From Vicugna vicugna (Eukaryota): a DNA stretch of 64,000 nucleotides. The notes under the pieces are model-generated. The model made no database searches. It saw only the letters and a list, made by a program, of their open reading frames with translations, and had not been told where the DNA came from. The stretch's first letter is position 1; every line of letters starts with the position of its first letter. Positions 50,021 to 64,000 of this stretch are shown here, piece by piece. A program made the translations under genes and the position numbers. Location: assembly GCA_013265495.1 (NCBI GenBank), contig MU058844.1:5703260-5767259 (forward strand). The letters run 5' to 3'.

Positions 50021-51204
50021 ATCTCATGGACTAGTCTCAGGGAATATCCCAGTGAAGGTAATTCCACCATAATATTGATCATCATGCTGAATATCATGGT
50101 TACTTTTCTAATTAGGCTGCCCGGTTGTGTCTTCCATCGTACCTTCAGCATTGATGAGAATTCCTCAGTAGCTTCATCCCCTTGCTGGAGCCTGTACTTG
50201 GCACAAATATATCTTGGGAGAGCTCAGGTCAATTTGGTTAACTAGTAAGCTGGTATTTTCACACAATTTTAACCAGCCACACTACATGGAATGTAGAACA
50301 GATGATGGAATAGTAAATGGGTTAGACAGCCGTACCTTCTACTTCACTGTTATCTCTGAGTTTGGGGAAATTGCATAAATTGGAACAGTGCTTGCTCATA
50401 GTAAGCTCTCCATACATATTCCTTAATTTAATTAAATAATGAACAATCACTTAATGTATTATAGACATTATCTCTTCTTACCCTTTCAGTACATTCTAGA
50501 TAAAATAAAAATAGCAAATATGGATTGTGATTCATCCTTACAAAAGAATTGTGTAGAATATAATATATAATTTTACCAATATTTTATGTAATTGTTAAGA
50601 TTCACAGCACACAGTACAGTATTCTTATTTATGGAAACAATAACTTTAAAGGAGCTTTAGAATAGAAGCTCTCAAAAGTACTATTAACCTAATAGACATA
50701 TTTTTATTTGTTGTTTTTCCTATTTTTTTCCAATGATTAGCATGTGCATTTTTCACTTTATGATAAACATTTATGGAGCTAAAACCCAGACATGTTTCTG
50801 AATAGATAGAGAAATGAGATGAAGCGCTCACAAGAATAGGATGCAAAAGAGAAAAAAACAATTACATGTGGGTGAGTATATGGAAAGGAATGCAAACGTA
50901 CTGTGTGACACATGGGTACTATCTGACCTATGCAAGAAAAGAGCTTGGCAATGCTCCCCAGCCAAAAAACTGTTTGAGTTGAGTCTTGAATTGTGATCGT
51001 CAGGAAGCCAAGTAAACAAGATTTCAGAAAAATGAAGTAGAGAAATAAAGGATGCTCCAGAGGAATGGGCACATGATCTTGCATGGAAATGTACGAGAGC
51101 TCACAGTGTTTAGGCCTCTGTGGAAGATGATTGTTAGAGAATAGGGTGAGAGATCAGTTCCGAGAATAAAGCATTATGAAAACATTTTAGGTCATAATAA
51201 AGAT

Positions 51205-51381
51205 CTTAAAGCATGATCCCAAGACCAGCTATATCAGCATCACTTAACAATTTGTTAGAGATGTGACTTGTCAAGTCCCACTCAAAACTGCTGAAGCAGA
51301 CATTGAGGTAGAGTCCTGGGAAACTTAGTTTTAACAAACCCTTCAGGTGATCCTGTGCACTTTAAAGTTTGAGAACCACTG
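51205..51381. mobile_element. MER5A (hAT-Charlie) DNA transposon relic
   Basis: CAGCATCACTTAACAATTTGTTAGAGATG...TTTTAACAAACCCTTCAGGTGATCCTGTGCACTTTAAAGTTTGAGAACCACTG. Confidence 0.8.
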
Positions 51382-52389
51382 CACTAGAACATTTGCTAAT
51401 CGTCTGGCATTGCAAAGCCATGCACTTACAAAGGTGAGGGAGAAGCCTGGATAAGTACTTTAGAATACTTCATTGGCAGATTCATTGGAAGGAGACAGTA
51501 ATGAAAGCAAAAAGATGAAATTCAAGAACATTTTGGCAGGTCAGGTGAGAACTGAGGAGGTTCTGAAATAACATACTAAATATGGTGATATAGAAGATGG
51601 AACACATTTAAGAGAAATTTGAAGTGGAAAACTGGGATTTGACGAACAACAGCATATAGAAGCATAAGGTAAAGGGGTTAAGTTTTGATTGATTTCTAGT
51701 TTTCTAGCTTTGTGAACTAAGTAAACCAAACATATTATATAGCCAGTTATTTAATATACTGCCAAGTATTATTGGTATGTATCATCAGTTTACAAGATCT
51801 TTCTTTAAATGCTTGATTACATTCTACCTAAATTTGTGCACATTCTTTTTTTTTTTTTTTGGTTTAAGCCAAATTCATCTACAAAAATTTAAGTGACAAC
51901 TGAGTTTTCTATTTACAGGAACTTACATATAGTAAATTGTACTTACCAGCTGAAATACCTTGGAATCTGTTTTGTGGCAATATAAAAGTATTAATATGCT
52001 ACTAACTCCAAATACTGAGTAATCTACTGTTAACATGTTTTTAAAGTAACTATGCTAATATGAGTTCTAAGCTTACTACAGAAAATGTCAATGAGAGTTA
52101 GGACTGGGCAATGCATTTTCTTTTCCTTTATTTTTTATTTCCAAAATAATAAATTCATTATTACTTCCCAACCCTTTAAACTCAATAATGTTATTTTTAT
52201 CCTACAATGAAGCTTTATAAAGCTTGTCTTTATATCACTCCATCAAGAACGTTTAAATTATAGGAATCACTAACGCTTTCACAATAAGTGGAACCACACA
52301 CTTGAGACATGGAATGGAAAAGCGTAATAAAGGATAGAATTTTAAGGAAAGCATGGTTTTCAACAGTGGAAGGAGAGTCACAGTTCAAT

Positions 52390-52620
52390 GATAATACATA
52401 TATCTAGTGACATCTTGCCGAGCACTGTTCAAGTGTCATATGCGTCATCTCATTTAAAATTCCAGTGGACTACCAATTAGGAGACAATATTATCTAAATT
52501 TTGCAGATGACAAAATTAGGATTTAAGTAACTTACTCAATTCATACAACTGATAAAATAAAAAAGACAGAATTTATATCCAGCTGTGTCTTCTTATGGGT
52601 CCTTAACAACTATGCTTTAC
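52390..52620 (-). mobile_element. MIR SINE
   Basis: TCATCTCATTTAA...ATTTTGCAGATGACAAAATTAGGATTTAAGTAACTTACTCAA. Confidence 0.6.
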
Positions 52621-54689
52621 TACCATGTGAAAAAGAAGATAGGAAAGAAATGACTAGGAAGGTACATAAAGATCAAGGTAAATTCAGTGTAATAATGAAA
52701 ACAAAGAAATAGAAATATCCCAAATGAAGATGAACTTATTCAGCTCTGTGTATGTGTGTGCGTGTGTGTGTGTGTTATTTTGTGAAAATAACCAACTTCT
52801 AATTTTATTGTGAAAAACATAGATCATGGCATTGGAATATCTATTAAATACTGTACCCTAGGCTGTTTTTCTTTCCATATATGAATGTGACAATATTTCT
52901 CTCGCTGAACACACAATGACAACATTGTTTTTTGGAGGCAAAAAAATTATATCACAATACAAGTGAGCATAAACACAAAAAAGGAGAAAGAAGGGGAAAA
53001 ACTGGTACAATATTATAGATCATAAAATACAATTCAGCCTTCAAAAATAAAATGTAGAGAAGTCATAAATAGGAAAGGGGCTCAAAGAAGAAATATCAAT
53101 GAAACTCCCTCTTTTTTTTGCTTTTTCTCAGGCTGATTATATTTAAGAAAAATTTATCCTAGTGTCCGCATCTCCCTACACACATGCATAAAGTATCATT
53201 AAATTATATGTTAACTTTTCTCTATCTAATAACACTGTTTAGAAATAACACCATGGAAGGTCAAACTAAGTATTGGATCACTATTTTGAACAAAAATGTG
53301 TTTTTGGAGGTGCAAATACGATATCTCATAATTGTGTAAAATACTGTAGCTCATTGTGACCAATTTCTGCTGATCTGATGCATGTTATTTTTAAAACGAA
53401 ACAACATTTTGAACAAAAATAAGATAGCTAGTTAAAATATCCTTAAATAATTGTCCCATGATGGGCATCACTGCTTGAGATTGATAATAATTACAAAACA
53501 CACATTTGCATTTCTAAAAATATATTCTCCTAATTTAGTAAATTGATAAGAAAGTCATATTGTTTTAGTGAGCTTTTGAATATCTAAATATTCACATATA
53601 ATAGAGTTGCTCAATATGAAAATTGCTGATACAGAGTTAAACTAAGTGTTCATAGCAATAAAAATCACGGTTAGGTGAGGGGTAACAGGCAGCTCTCCTA
53701 AGAAATACTGTAGAATCCTGTTTAGGTTATTCTCTCTCCTATAGTAAGCAACCACCATGGTCACAATTTATCCCAGCCTAAACTGGAAGTCTCCCGCAGA
53801 ACATTAATGATTGCATTAATGTAGATTTTGCTAGCTAACATTTTTCTCTGTGACAGTTTCATATTCAAAATTGTATATGCATGGCCATCTAGGCATATAA
53901 TTTTACGGTTATGGTTTAAAGTGTAATGACTCTGTAATTTTATACCTGGAAAAGTCATCAATGATTCTAATAACTTTAATAAATTGAATCATTAATATTA
54001 ATTATTGAAAGATATGTAGAATACATTGAGTTAGAACTGGGTTTAGAATTCCGTCAGCTTCATTAGAGATGATCTCGTTTTCGTTTGTTTTATCACCACT
54101 AATCTAAGAAGAAAATCAAATAAATCCTAATTATTTAAAAAAATATGATCGGTAGTATATATGGAAGATGGTCATTTTGCCTGGAGCTGAAAATCTAAGG
54201 CATGCCCTTAACAAACTTAAAGGATATACAGAAAACTGATAAACTACATAAATCAAAAGTTAAATGAATGGTAAATTATGTGTTGCAGATATTAGCTCTA
54301 ACTGAGTGTTTTCCTGGCTAAGTATGAATTCACTATGTGTAACTACATATTTGTGAAAATAGTTTATTATGTCTCTATTCCCCATTAAAATATAAGATAG
54401 TCATTTTACCTGTTTTAAAATCTTTCATCCTCAGAGACCAACAAAGGACCTGATACACTATAGTTACTCAATATTTATTAAATAAAATGAAATAAAAATA
54501 TAAATTTCATTGGACACATGTTAAATACTAAGTATTTTCAGTGTGTTATTTGGAAAATGTGATCCAATATTACAGATGAAAAAATTGAGCGTAGTTATTG
54601 ATATAAAACAATATTTTCAAGATCGAGTGGGTGAGTCTGTATTCAGGCAAAATTTTCTAAGTAAGATAATAGTAATAATACCATGATAA

Positions 54690-54950
54690 TAACAGGGGCT
54701 AAAACATATAATGCTTACTAAATGCTAGATTCTGTTCTAAGGTCTTATTTATATCAACTCACTTAATCCATCTAACATCCTTGAGATGGGGAGGATATGG
54801 GTCTTATTTCACCAGAGGGGAAAGTGAGGCCCAAATGGGTGTTATGATAAGTAATCTCCACATAGTCTGCAGATAGGGAGTGAGTTCAGCAGCTGGGATT
54901 GCCAAGTCTGTCTGGTCTGAGAGTCTTTCTTTTAGACACTTCAGCTTTAC
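54690..54950 (-). mobile_element. MIR SINE
   Basis: ATGCTTACTAAATGCTAGATTCTGTTCTAAG...AACTCACTTAATCC...CAGAGGGGAAAGTGAGGCCCA. Confidence 0.65.
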
Positions 54951-55914
54951 AGTTTTTCGGGATGACCATTTCTGTTTATGAAACAATTTTGTCCCTGTGT
55001 GAATCCAAAGAATTATTGGATGTGGAGTAAATAAGTAAATACTCTAGAAATGCAAATTCATTTGTCCAGCAAACATTTATGAAGTTTATTATGAAGTCCC
55101 ACACAATGGGACTGGGGTTAGCAGATAACAAAGATTACTGAAATTCACAGTCCGAAGGGAAATTCTTGTAATGTAGTTATTACAAGGTAATTGTTTGAAG
55201 TGGCACAGTAAAGTCAAATGACGACCAGGCTATGAGGAAAAAGTGCCTTGGGTTGTATCAGATACAATAACAATAGGCACTGCATGGTCATTTAGTTAAT
55301 CTAAACCTCAGATTCTTGATCTGTTAAGTATGGTTTATAAACTTGATATGCTTGCTTCAATGATCTATTAGAATAGTTGATTGACTTAATTGTGGAAGGG
55401 GCTCTGCACAGCATAATGCTATGGAAATTTTCAGTAATATCTTAACTATTTATTTACATTAGGTCACCAATGTTCAAAGAAATCTAGTCAAACAGGAATC
55501 CTCTAGCCTAGCAACTGATGATACTGTCTCTTCTGCTTTCTGTAACACATCAGAGAGTAAAAACATCTCCCATCTCTTCTTCACTTCTAAATCATGTGTT
55601 GGTGTTGGAAGAATTAAGTTCACGTGGAACACTTCTGGCCTAGTTAATAACTGCACCAGGTTTTGCTGTCTACATATCCTTGGCTGGGTTCTGGCAGGAG
55701 AAAAGGTTGCAAAGTGGGGAGATCATTAGGTCTGCAACTTCTTTTATTTCTCTTTTGGATGTTTTCATTCTGTGAACTATTTGTTCATTCTGCTTCTCTA
55801 TATCCTTTTTATTTCTTAGCTTCGGTGTTTTTTGAACGTGAAATACACTCCAGTTTTTCTCCCCAAAGGTAAGAGTAGATCAGAAAAATTTGACCTGAAT
55901 TACTTATGTGTATT

Positions 55915-56350
55915 TTTATCCCTGCTTCATTTACTTAACTATTCACTGAGCATCGACGTGTGTGCTCACCTCTTTGTTAGGTGTAGGTGGTGTAGATATG
56001 AGCAACTAATGGAACGTTGGTAATGAGACTGCCAGTAAATAAATAAGAAATGGTAGAATAATTTATTATGGTTGAGTCTTCCTGTGCAGGAAAAAGAGTA
56101 AGAGAGGCTTTACATAGGGGTGAAGCTTGAGCTTGATTTGGAAAAAGAATAACTGTTCTTCAATTAGAAGAACTTTAGGGAGTAGAAATGATTATCTCTA
56201 GGTAGAGAGAACCATATGGAAGTTATAAAACATTTTGGTGTGTTCAGAGCAAGTGGTTCAAAACAGAGAATAGAATAAGGGGAAAAGTAAGACTCAACCA
56301 GATAGTAAGCTAGAAATTAGGCTGGGTCGAGGGTCTTCTATGAAAACCCA
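55915..56350 (-). mobile_element. L2 fragment
   Basis: TTCATTTACTTAACTATTCACTGAGCATC...GAAGCTTGAGCTTGATTTGGAA. Confidence 0.5.
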
Positions 56351-56924
56351 AGGCATGGACAGCAGTACTCTCTTCTCTGTTTGCCTCTTTACTGTGCTTA
56401 TCTGCTTATTCATTTGTGCCCTTCAAGTTTAAAAGTTGAGTGGAAATAGAAGAAAGTGATGCACTGTTTTTTTCCTGTCATCACTAAGAATCAATAATTA
56501 TGACACAGGTAGTAAAAAAAATGGTGAAAACTGCTGGCAGCTATGTTTATTCTTTGACTAACATATTTCTGAACTTTTTCATATCTTTTTTGCAATCTAA
56601 TCTATATCATAAAATTAGTTTAAAAACAAAATAAAGCAGAATAGAAAAAAGTAGTGCCAAAGATCCTGAGTTGAGGTGTTCTGGATGCTGCTTCGATTGT
56701 ACAGGATTGCGCTCAACAAGGAGAAGGCACTGAGAGTGAAGCCATAGTGATACAGGGCCTGGGCAGTAGCAGGGGAAAAAAAAGGCTTACGTTAAGAAGC
56801 CATTACATCAAACACTGCCTTTCACAGTGTTTGTATTTACCACTTCCACGTGTGATTTCATTCCTCTCATGATCCAAGCAGCAGGAACAGTGGAAAACAC
56901 TAATCACTGTACAACTGTGAGCGT

Positions 56925-57290
56925 CAGGAAATTAACACTTTACAGCATTGTTATCTAATCTGTAGGTTTTATTCGTATCTTCAGTTGTCTCAATAATGTC
57001 CTTTTTTTGCAAAAGAAAATCCAGAATTATGCATTGCATTCAGTTGTCAGACGTCCTTTAATCTGGCATACTTCCTGACTTTGTCTTTCTCTCTCTCTCT
57101 TTTTGGTTATTTGATGCTGTTATTTTTAAAGAGTTCAGAGTTATTTTGTAAAATATCCCTCAGTTGGGGTTTGTGTGATGTTTTGTTACCTCACAATAAG
57201 TTTCTGTCTTTTGACAAATACTTCATAAGGATGTTGTGCGTTGTATAGGAAGACACACATTGTGGATTTGTTTCATTACTGATGATAATT
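56925..57290 (-). mobile_element. L1MC-type 3' fragment
   Basis: TCAGGAAATTAACACT...AGTTGTCTCAATAATGTCCTTT...TTGCATTCAGTTGTCA...AAATATCCCTCAGTTGGGGTTTGTGTGATGTTT. Confidence 0.65.
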
Positions 57291-57732
57291 GTTAAAAAAG
57301 GAATTAAATAAGCCAACAAAATAATTCAGCATGGTAAAGCTATGGATGATAAGTTTAAATTTTTCAGTTAATAAGACTAAATTTGGATTAATTTGTACTT
57401 TTCATGCACACATTAGAAAGAAGAGATAACTTATAGGCATTTGTACTTAAAACGTATTTACAACCATGAAGCAAGCAGCACTAGTATGAGGATGAACATT
57501 TCTTGAATAACCTCCAAATTCATTACCTGAAATGATATTTATTAAAGATACCACTAAGTTTTGACTAAATTCGATTACAATTGTATCACATAAACAGCCA
57601 CACTGGTTCTGACAGCTTCCTATGCAATGCTTCACCAAAACGCTAAACACATTTGGAAAAGATTGTAAGCTCATTGAAGGCAGATAATACACCTTATACA
57701 CTGTTTTATCAAGACTTAGCTGATAAGTGTTT

Positions 57733-58132
57733 CTAAATAAATCTTGAACTCCCAATGTATCCCTTCTTCTCACCTTCCCCGCCTGGTAACCGTGTTTGTT
57801 TTCTATGTCTGTGAGTCTGTTTCTGTTTTGTAAATAAGTTTGTCTCTTTTTTTTTGTTTTTTAGATTCCACATGTAAGTGATATCATGTGGTATTTTTCT
57901 TTCTCTTTGTGGCTTGCTTAACTTAAAATGACCATCTCTAGGTCCATCCATGTTGCTGCAAATGGCATTATTTTATTATTTTTATGGCTGAATAGTATTC
58001 CATTATATAAATATGCCACAACTTTATCCAGTCATCTGTCAATGGACATTGACGTTGTTTCCATGTCTTGGCTATTGTAAATAGTGCTGCTGTGAATATT
58101 GGGGTGCATGTATCTTTTTGAATTAAGGTTCC
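57733..58132 (-). mobile_element. Lineage-specific L1 3' fragment
   Basis: TTTTCTATGTCTGTGAGTCTGTTTCTGTTTTGTAAATAAG...AGGTCCATCCATGTTGCTGCAAATGGCATT...CCATGTCTTGGCTATTGTAAATAGTGCTGC; same family as 48383-48870. Confidence 0.88.
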
Positions 58133-58789
58133 GTAGTCAAATTTTATTCCAAGTACATAGTTTTTTTTTTTCCCTCAAAAACAAAACTCATCCTTGAAAA
58201 TGTTATATCATGTTTGGGTTTAAGTTGCATTTTATTACTTTAATAATTTTGTAAAGGTTTGCAGCCTGTCAAAAGATATACTTTTGCTCAGTTGAGTACC
58301 TAATCCATGATCGTTGACTGTAATTCTATGTCTAGGTGCCCTTGCTTCTCACCCTCCAATACATTTAGATAATTTTGGCTGTGGTACAAAGGTAATAAAA
58401 ATAAGGAAGCTGCAGACAGCAAAGCAGCATATAGGTCTTTTAAGCATATTATTTTTCCTTGCATACGTAGTGCACCTTCAAATTAAACTGTTTAATTTAG
58501 ATATTACTGAACTTTTGAAATGACTAACTTTGACATATGCAATAATCTGTAAGCACTGAGCTTTGTTTTTTCAAACCCTGATATTTATGAGGCCAGAATC
58601 AACTCAACTATGGCCAATGTGAGACACTTAGAAAACTAGATGAAGTGGCTATCTATCGTTTTAATTAAATAATGGATATGACTTCATCGTTACATTTTGT
58701 AATTATAGTATTCTTGCCATCAAAATGAGTTTATAAAATGGAATATTAAAAAGGAATAAATGTCCCAGTTTTGTATCATAGTTTTAATT

Positions 58790-58975
58790 TGATTTGAATC
58801 AAATCTTATAGAGAATTTTACAGCACTTGATGATATAATTCTAAAATGTTTCAAGTGATTCAAATAATGAAAGAGCTTAAGAAAACAAAATATTTTGAGA
58901 AGGACAAATAGTGAAAAAAGAATTGCTCTACCACATATATAAAAACATTGTAAAGCTTCAATTAAACAGTTCACT
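58790..58975 (+). mobile_element. Old L1 ORF2 fragment
   Basis: ATAATTCTAAAATG...AATTGCTCTACCACATATATAAAAACATTGTAAAGCTTCAATTAAACAGT resembles the L1 ORF2 'LPD.K.YYKA' region. Confidence 0.5.
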
Positions 58976-59379
58976 TTGTGAACTAATCCACATGTAGAAA
59001 TACTTTTAAAGGAGCAAAATATTTGGTCTTTTGACACCAATAGCCTTTGGTTTTCAGTTCATGTAATATTTATTCATTGCAGGATAATAGGTCAATAAAA
59101 ATATGTGGAAAAAAAGGACTGTTCTAAAATTATGCTTAGAGTATATATAATAAAAAAACAGAACCCATAATTTATGAATCTATGGCATTTTAATTTTTTA
59201 AGTATATTAACTATATATGTGATATTTGCAGTAATATATTCTTTATATTTATGTTTAAATCTTTGGCATTGCTGTATAGAGAGACATTAAGATATGTATA
59301 ATTATAATTGAGATAGATACTTATTAATGTATATTGAATATATATATAGAGAGAGAGAGCTGTCTTAATGAAGGAGACT

Positions 59380-60140
59380 TCATCCATCTAATCAGTCTGT
59401 CTAAAAATCTACTTGTCGTAATTTAAATCTTCTTTTTCCTTACTTTCAATATCCAGTCTGGCTAAGTTTTATTCTAAATATCCCTTAAATCTGCCCTTTT
59501 CCTCCTATCTACCAAATCATAATCCTAAATTTAATATTTTTACCTGGCTGGATAACTCATTTTGGTAATTACATGTCTCAGACATTCAATATGCCCTAGC
59601 CATGTGGTAGCCTAATTGAACTTTTTTAAGTTCAGTGTCATACTTCTGTTAACATTCTGCAATGACTCACCACTATTGCTCTTTTTAAGATAAAGCCATT
59701 ACAAGATCCCAACCAGCCCTGCTTAATCTAGCTCCTGCCTCCCTCTCTAGCTACATGGCTTACTTATCTTATTCTCTCCCTCTCTGCTACACTAGCTTTC
59801 TTTCATATTCCCAAAAGTATTCTGCTCCCTAGAAATGCACATGTTCTTATTTGGTCTGTAAAACTCTCTCCCCAACCCTACATTTCCACTTATTCAGCCA
59901 AACCATCTCTGGAATCCTAATATACATTCATAAAACATCATGCACTTTTGCACAGAAGTTGTCACAGTTTTCAGTCATAAACTGTTGTGTTTATGACTGA
60001 ACTATTTGATTAGTGTCTATCTCTCCCTTTAGAATTTAAACCACCTGATCCATGTGTTTTTGCTCAACATTGTATTCTCACTACCTATCAGAGTGCCTGG
60101 CATAGAGTTAATTACTCATTGATTGAATAAATGATTGAAT
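59380..60140 (+). mobile_element. L2 3' region
   Basis: Pyrimidine-rich body ending TTGCTCAACATTGTATTCTCACTACCTATCAGAGTGCCTGGCATAGAG...GATTGAATAAATGA. Confidence 0.7.
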
Positions 60141-61279
60141 AGCAAGATATAGGCATCTCAGTTTTCCAGAGTATTTTATTTTCAATTTTAAAGACATTGG
60201 ATATCATCTAATTCGTATCACTCTGCTGGCCACTTACCTTCACCAGAATCATCACGTTAACACAGAACCTACAGGATAAACTACAAATCCTTTGGCCTGA
60301 CAGACTTAAGTCTCTTGAAACATAGCTATCCTTTAAAGCTATACTTTAAAAGTTATTTCATACTCTAACTGTCTCTAACCGCTCTGCTTTTGCCAAGTTG
60401 ATATACTCTTTATCTTTCAGAGGCATCCCACATTCTTCTATTTCATGTCTAAAAAACCCCTTCTTACCTCTTTGCTTATCTAATTCCTAAATATCCATTA
60501 AAACCTACTCAAGGCCCTTCAGCTCTACAAAGTGTTACCTAAGGGGAATGTTAATTGTTTTCTACTGTGTGTATATATTATATTTGCTATTTACTGTCAT
60601 GTACACATTCCTGTTTTATGTGTGTATATGTCTCTTGCAGTTACTTTTGAAAATAACATATGAGCAAGAGTCTTTTTTATAAAAAATTGTATCCTGATAA
60701 GGATTTGCAGAAACCTTATTGATTAATTAATTAATTGATGGATTGAAATTCAGGAAGTAAGGATTGAAATTCATAAATTATGTAATATAGTCTTGGTACA
60801 AATGCCAGGTCAGTGGTTTGGTATGCTGTCTTAGTCCATCTATATCAAAGGCATTTCATATTATCAAGTTAGGCCTTCAGGAAGTTTTCATTTTTCTGAT
60901 CAGCAGCCATTAACCATTCATATGCGGAGGGTGATCTGATTAAAAACAGTGGTTTTTCAGGATTGATATATTGATAACATGGATTTCTTTAATAATTCAA
61001 TAAATAGATGTTATGTTCCATTCAAAGGATCAATGATGAGGGTGTGAAAGATTGTGAAGTTGACAGTGTCTGGATCTCTAAGAATGGTCAATCTTAAAGG
61101 TAATTAATATTAATTTTCAGTCTAGAATGTCATAAAGAAAGGCTGCAGAAATTCTGGTAAGAGTTGACAGTTATTGCATTAAAATGGAGTTGCATTATGA
61201 AGATATTGACTATAAGCTAGAGATGAAAAAGTATTACAAAGGGAGATTGGCAGGATTTAGGCACTAATTGTAGAGATCT

Positions 61280-61420
61280 TACAGAGGGTGCCACACAAAT
61301 TCTGAATCAAATTTGTCTGAGATGTTTATTAAAATGAAGATTACTAGGGCCTATCTCAGTCAGGGCCTATCCACTGAATCAGAACCTCAGGATGAATGGT
61401 AGACATGAAGCCATTTTAGA
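61280..61420. mobile_element. Possible MER5-family fragment
   Basis: TTATTAAAATGAAGATTACTAGGGCC...CTGAATCAGAACCTCAGG resembles the MER5 core. Confidence 0.4.
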
Positions 61421-63269
61421 TAGCTATAAAACACTTACCCTAAGGATTAAGAACACGATGTTTAAGAACAAAATAGGAAGTTTGATTTCTCCATTTGTGG
61501 GAAATCCAAGTAGACTATCCCAAAAATTATGAAACATGTAGGACAGGTAATTATTGTTAGTGTGAAAAAGCCATTTAGACAAATAATTCATTTAACCTTT
61601 ATGCAATTTTAATTTATTTTTTACCAATAATTACTTTTCCAGTTCATAGCATTAAAATAACACATGATTCGCTGTCCATAATATTAATTGACCTAGCATC
61701 TTACATTAAAAACCTTAAAATCTTCCATTATATTTTTGTGAATGAATGTAATAAATTTAAAATATTTAGTATTCTTTAATGATATGGTTTACATATTGCA
61801 TTCGTTGTTTCCATAAAATTTGCTGAATTTTTATTTTTTTACATTTTATGTAGCTGTTTACGATTCTCTTAAATGGCCATAAAGGATTGCAGACCCTCAG
61901 TATCTGGTTCTATGTTGTTGATTATTTTAAAATAAAATAATTGTAAAATAATTGTACCAAGAAATATAAGTTATATAATTTTTTCCATTTTATTTATTTG
62001 TTTTAAACATTCACTTTTTCAATACTTTCAATGAATACATTTTAATATTTTATTCTTAGTTTAGAGCAGCCAAATTCCACCATGAAGTTGCTTTATTTTC
62101 CTATTACAGAACTGTTTCAAATATCATTTAGTAGATATCTCTAACAGGTAAAAATGGTCAAAATTCTCATTTTATCCTGTTATGAATTTTATATTTTTTT
62201 AATTCTAATAAGATTTAGAAGGTGATGGTCATGATGTATAAGACACAGATACTAAAAATAATACGTTAATGTGTATGTTTGAGGGGCTCACCATATGCTA
62301 TGGAAATGCATAGTTGAATAATATCATGATCCTCGCCCTCAAGCAGTTGTGGTTTACCAGAAGGAGATACTTATGTATGCTCAGTGATCCAGCAGATACC
62401 ATAAATGTACCACTGTCAGTAAAATTTATATTATATTTTAAACTTTCATTTGAGCAATATGAGTGATGAGTTCATTATCATTTTCAATCACCTTTAACTA
62501 TTCCTGCCCCTTCAAAAATTCTTTTTCCTCTATGTTTGATATTCTTTATCACTGAATTATTAAAGTCATTTAAGTAGATTTATCATTTTCCTAAGCTTCT
62601 TAAATCATTTTTGTCTACCTGCATAACAAGAGCATGCATATTAAAGAGTATAGTGAATATGAAAGCAATAGTGACATTTATTTAATTTGTATTATATAGT
62701 ATATTCTTTATGCCTTGTCTTTAATCTCATTGTGAATTGATTTTTTTCATTTGGAGAAGTAATACTTTAAAATTATCATATTTTAAATCCTACATGGATA
62801 TAATTAATTATAGTTTTAGATTTAGGATTAATCAGTGGTTATGATGCATATACTTATAATTATATAAAGAAAAGTCATAAATCATAAGGAGGGCAATTTA
62901 ATCATCCTACTTAGTTCATGAATATTATTTTAGTTAAAAAAAACTTACAGTTATACATGTTAAAAATCTTGCAATATATGTAAGCTTGTTTTTCATATTT
63001 TGCCTGTACTAAATTGCCTCATGCCATGATAGTATTTGCATTTCCAACATGATCTGTATTTAAACCAATTTTGAAGGAACTCCTTTGGGTAAGATAATAT
63101 AGGTTAAGAGATAGTTTTGCAGTATGCAGAGCCAAAATTACAGCAATCATACACACCAGGAGGGGGATGGGAATAAAGAAAAGGGATACTGACTAAATTG
63201 CCCATTAGCTCTATAACAAATTAAGCTATTTTCGTCTAGTGAGTTATCTTGCTCTTGTGGGGAAAAAAA

Positions 63270-63428
63270 ATAATGAAATTTTGAGTCATACTAACCAGGG
63301 CTACATTTGCTAACATTTTTAGTTGTGAAATTCTGAGAGAGTTACTCAAGCTTTTTGGATCCATAATTTACTCAGTAAAAAATGAAGATATCAAAATCTC
63401 ATAGCTTTTTTTGAGCATTTAATGAGAT
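63270..63428 (+). mobile_element. MIR fragment
   Basis: TTGAGTCATAC...GAGTTACTCAAGCTTTTTGGATCCATAATTTACTCAGTAAAAAATGAAGATA...TTTAATGAGAT. Confidence 0.45.
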
Positions 63429-63473
63429 GTGTATATATATATATACACACACACACATATATATGTGTGTGTA
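63428..63473. repeat. Compound TA/CA/TG microsatellite
   Basis: Direct read. Confidence 0.9.
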
Positions 63474-64000
63474 TTCCCCCTATACTCTGGAATCAGAACC
63501 ATTCTCACATATTTTTCCTTATTATTTCTGCATAGTCTCACCCATTTTATAGTGATCATCTATATGCCAATGGTTTCCAGCTATGTAACCTTAACCACTA
63601 CATCTATTAATTTTAATTTTCAAAAAGATAAAGTTAATAACCTCATGCAAATATAAAATAAACACATGCCAAAGATTCTATTTGCTTATTAACTAATGAC
63701 AGGGTGTTAAAATTGGTCCAAAGAGCATATGAAAAATAGCTGTATGCTTATGTTTAAGTATGTGTATATGAATGTATATATAATGTGCAATTTAATAGAG
63801 GAATGTTAGGATCATATTTCTGAGTTAGAGTCAAAACTGATAAATGTCTTAAAAGGCAAAAAATTATTTTTTTCTATTCCACTAGACAAATTATATTCAT
63901 ATATACTCAACAACAGCAATAACAACAAATCTGCATGTTAATCTCTGTCCCTGCAGAGTTGGAAAATAGGCTAATTAATAGGAAGATAAAGTCTGTACCA

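Noticed and set aside
57447..61160. Other AG...GT-bounded segments (around 57460-57526 minus, 58336-58391 plus, 61121-61156 plus)
   Set aside because: The peptides are unrecognised and form no consistent exon chain; such segments are expected by chance in 64 kb.
1..64000. Prokaryotic systems (CRISPR arrays, operons, defence islands), rRNA or tRNA genes
   Set aside because: The sequence is mammalian. I saw no regularly spaced repeat-spacer array, no long ORFs and no structured RNA gene.

Overview
This is mammalian genomic DNA: AT-rich, CpG-depleted and dense in old interspersed repeats (MIR, L2, MLT1, MER5A, MER44, L1M). The youngest L1 3' ends look cetartiodactyl, possibly camelid; that is an inference, supported by the absence of any Alu, Bov-A/Bov-tA, PRE-1 or SINEC copy that I could recognise. 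I found no host protein-coding gene, RNA gene or CRISPR array, and the supplied ORFs are chance ORFs or lie inside repeats. The main feature is one old, defective endogenous retrovirus of about 5.4 kb that now lies in two oppositely oriented pieces. The + strand piece (24323-26261) carries the 5' LTR, a degenerate tRNA-Arg PBS and a non-coding leader. The - strand piece (10349-13794) carries the rest of the leader, class III (ERV-L/ERV-S-like) pol remnants, a gamma-type env TM remnant, the PPT and the 3' LTR. A shared 5-bp target-site duplication (CTTAC) and a ~21-bp overlap at the internal break indicate a ~12.5-kb inversion (about 13795-26261) that cut through the provirus. The window also holds a 5'-inverted (twin-primed) L1 with TSD and several solo LTRs. 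Repeat family names come from recognition by eye, and boundaries are approximate unless terminal motifs are quoted.
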